From positions 422 to 64,421 of the forward strand of contig SLCY01000037.1 of the NCBI GenBank assembly GCA_007125585.1: a DNA stretch of 64,000 nucleotides, given 5' to 3'. This DNA comes from Bacteroidales bacterium (lineage in GTDB: Bacteria; Bacteroidota; Bacteroidia; Bacteroidales; UBA7960). The translations under genes were made by a program, and so were the position numbers. Below are positions 56,765 to 64,000 of the stretch, in pieces; position 1 is the stretch's first letter, and each line of letters opens with the position of its first letter. The notes beneath the pieces were generated by a model. The model did not search any database. It saw only the letters and a program-made list of their open reading frames with translations, and had not been told where the DNA came from.

Positions 56765-58144
56765 ATGAAACTACCTTATGCTGAACCCTACAAGATAAAA
56801 GTCGTTGAACCATTGCGTCGCAGCACGCGCCGTGAGCGCGAGCAATGGATCACAGAGGCAAACCATAACCTTTTCAAGCTGCGCAGCGACCAGGTCTTTA
56901 TCGACCTGCTCACCGACTCCGGCACCGGTGCCATGAGTCACCACCAATGGTCGGAGATGATGCTGGGCGATGAGAGCTATGCCGGCTCAACATCCTATTT
57001 TAAGCTGAAGGAGGTGATCAACGACCTGCTGGGTATGCCTCTTTTTGTTCCGACACACCAGGGGCGTGCGGCCGAAAACGTATTGTTCTCTGCAATGGTC
57101 AGGGAAGGTGACATGGTCCCGGGAAACGCCCACTTCGACACCACCAAGGGCCATATCGAATTCCGGCGTGCCACGGCAGTCGACTGCACCATCAACGAAG
57201 CTTCCAAAACAACCCTTTACCATCCTTTCAAAGGCAATATCGACCTCAACAAACTGGAAAAGGTTTTCAGATCCCATCCCAAAGAGAAGATCCCCTTATG
57301 CATCATCACCGTCACTTGCAACACCTCCGGCGGACAGCCGGTATCCATGCAGAACATCCGCGACGTGTCAGCCCTTTGCAAACAATACGGGATCCCGGTG
57401 TTCTTTGATGCAGCCCGGTTTGCAGAAAACGCATATTTTATCAAAATGCGGGAAAAAGAATATGCAGACCATACCATTCCGGAGGTCGTCCGTGAGATGT
57501 TTTCATACGTGGACGGGGCCACCATGAGCTGTAAAAAGGACGCCATCGTGAACATCGGTGGCTTTTTGGCCTGCCGTGACAAGGCCCTCTTCGACAAGAT
57601 CAGTATGTACTGTATCCTGTATGAGGGCTATCTGACCTATGGCGGACTCGCCGGCCGCGACCTTGCCGCGGTGGCTCAGGGCCTGAAAGAAGGATGTGAC
57701 TTTTTCTACCTGGAGTCGCGTATAGAACAGGCGGCATACCTCGGAAAGCTTTTAAAAGAATACGGCATAGCATACCAGGAGCCACCAGGCGGCCATGCCA
57801 TATTTGTGGATGCCAAAAAGATGCTTCCCCACATACCGAAAGAGGAGTTCCAGGCACAGACTCTGGCTGTCGAGCTTTACCTGGAAGGAGGAGTGCGCGC
57901 TGTCGAGATTGGGACACTGTTGGCCGACCGCGACCCCTGCACCGGTGAAAACCGTTACCCCCAGCTCGAGCTGCTGCGCCTGGCCATCCCGCGAAGGGTA
58001 TATACGAACAACCATATCGAATATGTGGCAGCCTGCCTTGGAAACATTTATCAGCGAAGGGAAAAAATCACCAAAGGCTTCCGCATCACCAAAGAAGCAC
58101 CCATCATGCGGCACTTCACCGTAGAGCTGGAGAGGGCACAGTAA
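56765..58144 (+). CDS. tnaA: Tryptophanase (beta-eliminating lyase family)
   Basis: DLLTDSGTGAMS, PTHQGRAAE, PLP-lysine block SCKKDAIVNIGG. HFDTTKGH resembles the TnaA FFDTTQGH rather than the tyrosine phenol-lyase YFTTTRYH. Confidence 0.8.
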   Translation: MKLPYAEPYKIKVVEPLRRSTRREREQWITEANHNLFKLRSDQVFIDLLTDSGTGAMSHHQWSEMMLGDESYAGSTSYFKLKEVINDLLGMPLFVPTHQGRAAENVLFSAMVREGDMVPGNAHFDTTKGHIEFRRATAVDCTINEASKTTLYHPFKGNIDLNKLEKVFRSHPKEKIPLCIITVTCNTSGGQPVSMQNIRDVSALCKQYGIPVFFDAARFAENAYFIKMREKEYADHTIPEVVREMFSYVDGATMSCKKDAIVNIGGFLACRDKALFDKISMYCILYEGYLTYGGLAGRDLAAVAQGLKEGCDFFYLESRIEQAAYLGKLLKEYGIAYQEPPGGHAIFVDAKKMLPHIPKEEFQAQTLAVELYLEGGVRAVEIGTLLADRDPCTGENRYPQLELLRLAIPRRVYTNNHIEYVAACLGNIYQRREKITKGFRITKEAPIMRHFTVELERAQ

Positions 58145-58289
58145 GCTTCAATGGATAATGGTTGTTGGTATGACAGAAGCCACCCGGCACACCATGTTTC
58201 AAACAAACGGCCTTTGAAAGGGTTGTATATGTCGAAACGGGCCCTCAAGGGACCATGAAACATGAACAACAGTCCTTGACATTGCGAAG

Positions 58290-58745
58290 ATGAACAAAAA
58301 CCGCAAAGCAGATCGTTATCAACGTGTCTATGAACAGTTAGAAAGCCTTTTGGCAAAACCCGGGAACAAGGTGTCGAAGCTCGCGACGACCGTGGCGTTG
58401 CTCCATCATAAAATGGATCACTTTTTCTGGACCGGGTTTTATTTGCTTGATGGGGGTTCACTGATCGCCGGCCCCTACCAGGGTCCTGTTGCCTGTCAGC
58501 TCCTTGAAAAAGATACGGGGGTATGCTGGGCTGCCATCAACAAAAAGGAAACACTCATTGTACCCAACGTGCATGAGTTTCCGGGACATATTGCCTGCGA
58601 CAGCCGGTCGAACAGCGAAATTGTTGTACCTTTGAAAAATGCTGAAGGGATGATCATCGGCGTGCTGGATGTCGACAGCAAAGCCCTGGATGCCTTTGAT
58701 GAATGCGACCGCGGTGGACTGGAAAAGATCCTTTCCCTCTTGTAG
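58290..58745 (+). CDS. GAF-domain protein, free methionine-(R)-sulfoxide reductase-like (MsrC/YebR family)
   Basis: WTGFYLL, GPYQGPVACQ, GVCWAA and GHIACDSRSNSEIVVPL blocks. Confidence 0.7.
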   Translation: MNKNRKADRYQRVYEQLESLLAKPGNKVSKLATTVALLHHKMDHFFWTGFYLLDGGSLIAGPYQGPVACQLLEKDTGVCWAAINKKETLIVPNVHEFPGHIACDSRSNSEIVVPLKNAEGMIIGVLDVDSKALDAFDECDRGGLEKILSLL

Positions 58746-58780
58746 GAGGTCGTCAAAACACCTGTAAAGCTTTACGACAA

Positions 58781-59338
58781 GTGGACACGTTGCTGATATT
58801 TATCATCGCACTGGGACTGGCCATGGATTGTTTCACCATAGCCATCAGCAACAGTGCTGTGTCCGGACTGGTAAAGCCTGGGGTGCCCCTGAAGGTGGCC
58901 ATTGCCTTTGCGTTTGCCCACCTGGTATTGGTGTTTGCCGGATACTGGCTGGGAGGCGTCATGCAGCCCATGTTTGAGGGCCTGGAAAAATGGGTGGCCT
59001 TTGTGGTTCTCGGAATTATCGGCACAAAAATGATCATGGAGGGCCGCAAACGGCATCCCAAAAGCAAGGTGTTTGACATCAACCAGGTCAGGGTGATCGT
59101 GGTGTTGTCGCTGGCCACGGCCATGGATGCTTTCCTTGCCGGGATCGCCCTTGGGATCACCGGTCTTGGGGTCTATCTTTCCGGTATCGTGGTTGCCATC
59201 ACCGTGTTTATCCTGACCCTGGCAGGCATGGCCGGAGGCGGTCAGCTGGGGATGGCTTTTGCGCAGCGAACGGTCTTCTTCGGGGGGGCGTTCATGCTCA
59301 TGGCCTCTGTCATATTCCTTTTGAGGCTCCTTGGATGA
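58781..59338 (+). CDS. mntP: Manganese efflux pump MntP family
   Basis: Two DUF204-type repeats (GLAMDCFTIAIS and SLATAMDAFLAGIALG) and six TM segments. A GTG start at 58781 is inferred. Confidence 0.7.
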   Translation: MDTLLIFIIALGLAMDCFTIAISNSAVSGLVKPGVPLKVAIAFAFAHLVLVFAGYWLGGVMQPMFEGLEKWVAFVVLGIIGTKMIMEGRKRHPKSKVFDINQVRVIVVLSLATAMDAFLAGIALGITGLGVYLSGIVVAITVFILTLAGMAGGGQLGMAFAQRTVFFGGAFMLMASVIFLLRLLG

Positions 59339-59385
59339 TGGATCCGGCAACGGCATAACCAAGCGGAAAAGGGGCGCGGCCCTGG

Positions 59386-60378
59386 TCAGTCCACCAGCAG
59401 GTTGCAGCCACGGACATCGCTGTTGTCGAAACGTCCCAATACCTCAAACTGTCCGCCAGGATGCACCCTCCCCAAGTCTTGTGTGGCAATAAAGCTGCAT
59501 GAATATAAGTTCGCCAGGTCGATCACGTTGATGCCCCCGCCGCGCCGATACCCTATGAGCTCCAGGGGGTCATTGTCTTCCCTGATCAGCACACGCATCC
59601 AGGGAGGGCATGAAAACAGTCCCATCCCTTTTGAATAGGCCTGGCTGAACAACTCCGTCATGCCATACTCAGAATGGATGGCTTCCTGTTGAAAAGCCTG
59701 GCACAGCAACTGGTGCAGCTCTTCCCTCACCATCTCCCGGCGACGCCCTTTCATGCCACCGGTTTCCATCACAATGGTGTTCTTTAAAGGCATCGAAAAA
59801 AAACCGGCCAGGTCAAGCAAAGCAAAACTGACCCCCAGCAACAGGATCCTGTCGCCCCGATCGACCATCAAACGTATCTTTTCTGAAAGCCCTTCCAGGT
59901 CGTGAAGGTAAAACCCACTGTGCGGGTGCCCGCTTTCCTCTATGAGCCGGTTGGCCATATAAACCAGCGAAGCGTTTTGAGGTCCGTTGTATCCGGGCAG
60001 CAAAGCCAGCATGCAATAGTCGGCCGGAGGCCCGTAAAACAACCGGAAACACTCAAGAAAGCTTTGCTCGTACACCATGGTATCCGCCACATAGTGCTTT
60101 GACGGGTCATTGCCGGTCGTCCCCGAGCTGACAAACACATGGGCGGCCTCACCATCAAAAGACACCACCCTTTTGTTTTTGAACAGTTCGATGGGCAAAA
60201 ACGGGATCTCCTCAAGGCAGGTAACTTTTTCCGGGTTGCATCCCAGGGCTTTGCAAAAGTCGCGGTATACAGCATTCTTGTCATACTGGAAACGAAAAAC
60301 CTCCAATGTCAATTCCTCAAAATCACCCCCTTCTGTCAAGGAAAAGATACGTTCCAATAAATTTTTTGCCTTCTCCAT
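59386..60378 (-). CDS. LuxE/PaaK-like acyl-adenylate-forming enzyme, generally labelled an acyltransferase
   Basis: FVSSGTTG AMP-binding-like block, LPIELFK, length about 330 aa. Confidence 0.55.
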   Translation of the reverse strand: MEKAKNLLERIFSLTEGGDFEELTLEVFRFQYDKNAVYRDFCKALGCNPEKVTCLEEIPFLPIELFKNKRVVSFDGEAAHVFVSSGTTGNDPSKHYVADTMVYEQSFLECFRLFYGPPADYCMLALLPGYNGPQNASLVYMANRLIEESGHPHSGFYLHDLEGLSEKIRLMVDRGDRILLLGVSFALLDLAGFFSMPLKNTIVMETGGMKGRRREMVREELHQLLCQAFQQEAIHSEYGMTELFSQAYSKGMGLFSCPPWMRVLIREDNDPLELIGYRRGGGINVIDLANLYSCSFIATQDLGRVHPGGQFEVLGRFDNSDVRGCNLLVD

Positions 60379-60450
60379 GCCAGCGGATTCGTTTACTCAA
60401 AGATATGCATTAAACCCCAATCTTAACTTCAACCTTAAGCTCAAATTCAT

Positions 60451-60458
60451 TACATTTG
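60451..60458 (+). promoter_or_regulatory. Candidate -7 box TACATTTG
   Basis: TAnnTTTG match about 125 nt upstream of ruvB. Confidence 0.3.
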
Positions 60459-60582
60459 TACAGGTAAATGTTTGGCCGGTGATCCAACACCGGCTTGTCA
60501 ATAGTGGGGTCATGCGGCGCCACCGGGTAGCAACCCTGAATACCATGAAAAGACAACAGCCAATATCCAACAGCAAAAAAAG

Positions 60583-61608
60583 ATGAACGAAAACCTGGAT
60601 CCTTCTACCGACCGGTTGACGCGTGAAGATCGTATCATTGAGCAGACTTTGCGGCCGGGGAGCTTTTCCAGTTTCACCGGCCAGTTCAAGGTGGTTGAGA
60701 ACCTCAAGGTCTTTGTAGGTGCTGCATCAAAGCGCAACGAGGCCCTGGACCATGTGTTGTTGCACGGGCCGCCCGGGCTGGGAAAGACTACGTTGGCACA
60801 TATTATCGCCAACGAGATGGGGGTTGGCATCAAGGTTTCGTCCGGGCCGGTGCTTGACAAGCCTGGCGACCTTGCCGGGTTGCTCACCAACCTGGAAGAC
60901 CGGGATGTCCTTTTTATTGATGAGATCCATCGCCTGAGTCCTGTGGTAGAGGAGTATTTGTACTCGGCCATGGAGGACTTCCGCATTGACATCATGATAG
61001 AGACTGGTCCCAATGCCCGCAGCGTACAGCTCACCCTCAACCCTTTCACCCTCATTGGCGCCACCACCCGTTCGGGGCTGCTCACCTCGCCGCTGCGTGC
61101 CCGCTTCGGCATCAATGCCCGCCTCAACTACTATGATGCCAAACTGTTGCTTCATATCATCAAACGCTCGGCAGGCATTCTGAAGGTAAAGATCACCGAT
61201 GATGCAGCACAGGAGATCTCCCGCAGAAGCCGTGGCACACCGCGTATTGCCAACGCTTTGCTGAGGAGGGTGCGCGACTTTGCCCAGATGAAAGGCAGTG
61301 GTGACATCGACCTGGAGATCGCCCTTTACGGTCTTGAGGCACTCAATGTGGATCAGTACGGCCTGGATGAGATGGACAACAAGATCCTGTCAACCATCAT
61401 CGACAAGTTCAGGGGGGGCCCCGTTGGCCTTTCCAATGTAGCCACCTCCGTGGGCGAGGATGCCGGCACCATCGAAGAGGTCTATGAGCCTTACCTCATC
61501 CAGGAAGGATACATCATGCGCACCCCGCGAGGGCGGGAGGCCACCGCGATCGCTTACAAACACCTCGGGAGGGTGAAGGGGGCTGGACAGAACTCGTTGT
61601 TCGATTAA
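60583..61608 (+). CDS. ruvB: Holliday junction branch-migration helicase RuvB
   Basis: Walker [10 protein letters not shown], Walker [44 protein letters not shown]. Confidence 0.95.
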   Translation: MNENLDPSTDRLTREDRIIEQTLRPGSFSSFTGQFKVVENLKVFVGAASKRNEALDHVLLHGPPGLGKTTLAHIIANEMGVGIKVSSGPVLDKPGDLAGLLTNLEDRDVLFIDEIHRLSPVVEEYLYSAMEDFRIDIMIETGPNARSVQLTLNPFTLIGATTRSGLLTSPLRARFGINARLNYYDAKLLLHIIKRSAGILKVKITDDAAQEISRRSRGTPRIANALLRRVRDFAQMKGSGDIDLEIALYGLEALNVDQYGLDEMDNKILSTIIDKFRGGPVGLSNVATSVGEDAGTIEEVYEPYLIQEGYIMRTPRGREATAIAYKHLGRVKGAGQNSLFD

Positions 61609-61673
61609 ACGACGTCACACCACCTGACCTGTCACCCATAGCATTATAAACCAGGGTTTGACCTTTCAGATGC

Positions 61674-62666
61674 TTGAACAGGCAGTTCAACCAGGAAACC
61701 CAAAACGATTGGCGCCAAACGCAAAACCCAGTGACCATTAAGCACCTTGCCGATGCCCTCAAAGAAAAAGCCCGTGCACTGGGCTTCGAGGCCTGTGGCG
61801 TAGCGCGGGCGGGGGAGCTCAAAGCAGTCAGGCCGGTATTCACCGAATGGCTCCGGCAGGGGTATCACGGCAAGATGGGTTACATGGGCAACCATTTTGA
61901 AAAACGCCTTGACCCCCGGCTGCTTACACCAGGTGCTCGATCGGTGGTCGTGGTGGCACAGAACTACTATCCTTCGCGGGAACAGCCGCCTGAAACAACA
62001 TATCGGATCGCCCGTTACGCCTACGGAAAGGATTATCATTTTTTGATGAAGGACAGGCTTAAGCAGCTGGCGGCCCATCTGACAGACCTGTCAGGCGAAC
62101 ATCAATACCGGGTTTTTGCCGACTCGGCCCCGGTGCCGGAAAGGTCGTGGGCCCGGGAAGCCGGTCTTGGCGGCACCGGAAAAAACACCTGCCTCATCAT
62201 CCCACGAAAAGGCAGTTTTTGCTTTTTGGGAGAGCTGATCACCAGTGCGGAGCTGGAGCCTGACAAACCGTTCAACAAAGACCTCTGCGGACAGTGCACC
62301 CGCTGTATGGAAGCATGCCCGACAAAAGCGATCATCGCCCCGGGCAAGCTGGATGCAACCAGATGCATCTCCTACCTCACCATTGAGCTCAAAGACGCCA
62401 TCCCAGGGGCGTTTCGCGACCAGTGCCGGGGATGGATCTTTGGCTGCGATATATGCCAGGAAGCCTGCCCGCATAACCGCCATGCAAAGCCCCATAAAGA
62501 ACCGGTTTTGGACCCGTTGCCTCCGGTCAGCCATTGGACAGACAAGGAGTGGGCATCCCTGTCAAAAAAAGATTTCATCAAACATTTTCAAAAGGAAGGG
62601 TCACCACTGGCAAGGGTGAAATATGAGAAGCTGATCGACAATATCCGTTGTGCCGCCACAAAATGA
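61674..62666 (+). CDS. queG: Epoxyqueuosine reductase
   Basis: Two 4Fe-4S motifs, CGQCTRCMEACP and CDICQEACP. Start ambiguous: TTG at 61674 or in-frame GTG at 61731. Confidence 0.85.
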   Translation: MNRQFNQETQNDWRQTQNPVTIKHLADALKEKARALGFEACGVARAGELKAVRPVFTEWLRQGYHGKMGYMGNHFEKRLDPRLLTPGARSVVVVAQNYYPSREQPPETTYRIARYAYGKDYHFLMKDRLKQLAAHLTDLSGEHQYRVFADSAPVPERSWAREAGLGGTGKNTCLIIPRKGSFCFLGELITSAELEPDKPFNKDLCGQCTRCMEACPTKAIIAPGKLDATRCISYLTIELKDAIPGAFRDQCRGWIFGCDICQEACPHNRHAKPHKEPVLDPLPPVSHWTDKEWASLSKKDFIKHFQKEGSPLARVKYEKLIDNIRCAATK

Positions 62667-62673
62667 TGACACA

Positions 62674-63285
62674 TCACCTACGGGGGCGCAGATTGTCAAT
62701 GAGGATTTCCGGTACGCGCTCCTTCCGTTCAAGGATAAACCCCTGAAACTCCTTCTCCGTAATGTTATTCTTGTCCATCACCAGCATTTTGATCGCAAAG
62801 GGGAAAGCGATCAACGACAACATGTCGACAAAGAAATGAGTGGGGTCGGTACGGCGGATGTTTCCTTTCTTGCCCTCTTCGATGATCTGCCTGGTAAACT
62901 GGTCCGTGGCATAGAGGCTGTTGATGGCCTTCATCTCGGTGATGCGTTCCCTGCTGCGATGCAGTATCGACATCACAAAAGAAACAAGCAAGGGATTCTC
63001 AGACAACATGTCAATATACACATGCACATACTGCCGGATCTTCTCGTTCAGTTCAAGATCACTGTTCAGAATGCGGATCAGCTCTTCCGAATTTTTCTTC
63101 ATAAGTGCGGTGAAAATGGCATCGAAAAGATTCTCCTTGCTGCGAAAATAATAATTCATCAAAGCCAGGTTTATCCCCGCCCTGGATGCGATCTCCCTGA
63201 CACTGGTGCGGTCTACGCCTTTTTCAAGAAACAGCTCGGTGGCTGCATCAAAGATCTTTTGTTCGGTATTCCTGCTTTTTGCCAT
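62674..63285 (-). CDS. TetR/AcrR-family transcriptional regulator
   Basis: N-terminal HTH KIFDAATELFLEKGVDRTSVREIASRAGINLALMNYYFRSKENLF. Confidence 0.85.
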   Translation of the reverse strand: MAKSRNTEQKIFDAATELFLEKGVDRTSVREIASRAGINLALMNYYFRSKENLFDAIFTALMKKNSEELIRILNSDLELNEKIRQYVHVYIDMLSENPLLVSFVMSILHRSRERITEMKAINSLYATDQFTRQIIEEGKKGNIRRTDPTHFFVDMLSLIAFPFAIKMLVMDKNNITEKEFQGFILERKERVPEILIDNLRPRR

Positions 63286-63322
63286 GTCTGTGGTTTTTGA
63301 ACAAAGATAGGGATTTTTTTGT

Positions 63323-63339
63323 TTTAAACAGCGTTTAAA
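63323..63339. promoter_or_regulatory. Candidate TetR operator, palindrome TTTAAAC-AGC-GTTTAAA
   Basis: Perfect 7-3-7 inverted repeat 38 bp upstream of the tetR start. A related AAACGGTTTAAA lies at 63374-63385. Confidence 0.35.
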
Positions 63340-63554
63340 TTCATTAATATTATCTTTACTTTTTTTTCAGCCAAAACGGTTTAAATGTCGATATCCCTCA
63401 TTGCATCTGTCAGCCCCGGGGTTTCGGATCTTTTGTTGTCTGTGGCTTTCAAGTGCCCGGGGCCTGCGGCCGGAAGAAGCCTGTACCTTTGCTGTATCGT
63501 CCTATACTGGCTATATTTGTCGCAAGGCGACACCCTTAATGTAAACGTTCAATC

Positions 63555-64000
63555 ATGCTGCAACGTATAAAAAGACACAGGCTGCCCCTGTTTTGCATGG
63601 CAACCGGACTTTTGCTGGCCCTGAGCTGGCCGTCGAGGGGCTTCCCCTTTCTGGCGTTCATTGCGTTCATTCCCCTCCTTTGGGTTGAAGACCAGGTGCT
63701 TTTACTGCGAAGGGAGGTTCGTGCCGCCACATTTTTCATTTATGCCTGGTTGGCTTTCATCGTTTTTAATGTGCTTACCACCTGGTGGATCATGTACGCC
63801 ACCATTCCGGGGATGATCGCAGCGGTCATACTGAACTCGGCCTTCATGGCCCTGCCCTGGTGGCTGATGCACCTGGGCAGGAGGATCGCACCGGGAGCAC
63901 AGGGGCCGCTGGTTGTGGTCATTTTCTGGCTGGCATTCGAGTTCCTGCACGCCCGCTGGGAGCTGAGCTGGAGCTGGCTCGACCTGGGCAATGTATTTGC
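63555..64000 (+). CDS. lnt: Apolipoprotein N-acyltransferase, 3' end outside the window
   Basis: Open frame from the ATG at 63555 to the window edge. Multi-TM N-terminus with LALSWP...FLAFIAFIPLL and FEFLHARWELSWSWLDLGN, typical of Lnt. Confidence 0.7.
   Translation, partial: MLQRIKRHRLPLFCMATGLLLALSWPSRGFPFLAFIAFIPLLWVEDQVLLLRREVRAATFFIYAWLAFIVFNVLTTWWIMYATIPGMIAAVILNSAFMALPWWLMHLGRRIAPGAQGPLVVVIFWLAFEFLHARWELSWSWLDLGNVF

Overview
This is a gene-dense 64-kb chromosomal segment that reads as a Bacteroidota genome. The evidence is recurring TAnnTTTG -7 promoter boxes close to start codons, a GldH gliding lipoprotein, a T9SS C-terminal sorting domain and a SusA-like GH13 enzyme. It holds about 50 protein-coding genes, mostly housekeeping: tilS (5' truncated), a dsbD-like gene, dnaG, pheS, kynU, hflK/hflC, polA, holB, PBP1A, recO, ruvB, queG and lnt (3' truncated). 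I recognised no rRNA, tRNA, CRISPR array, transposase, integrase or phage genes. All functional calls rest on motifs read by eye from the ORF translations; no database search or folding was possible. Several ORF-track starts were moved to internal start codons, guided by signal peptides, conserved N-termini and -7 boxes. Five loci stand out. (1) At 51.5-54.6 kb, a membrane-anchored tetraheme NapC/NirT-type cytochrome is fused to an FGE/SUMF1-fold domain that lacks the canonical catalytic Cys pair, and a Tat-signal Gfo/Idh/MocA oxidoreductase follows it. (2) At 12.2-20.2 kb, a seven-gene envelope cluster encodes a secreted LolA-like protein, two paralogous pairs of FtsX/MacB-type permeases, a single ATPase and a beta-barrel. 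(3) At 47.0-47.9 kb, an ATP-cone is fused to an Mrr-type nuclease, divergent from a lone AddA-like helicase-nuclease. (4) menG/ubiE carries one in-frame TAG and is flanked by a nested about 330-bp palindrome and ATTAGCACATT repeat blocks. (5) An 18-nt hairpin recurs in intergenic spacers with a compensatory base-pair change. None of these is demonstrated to be novel; they are candidates for follow-up.
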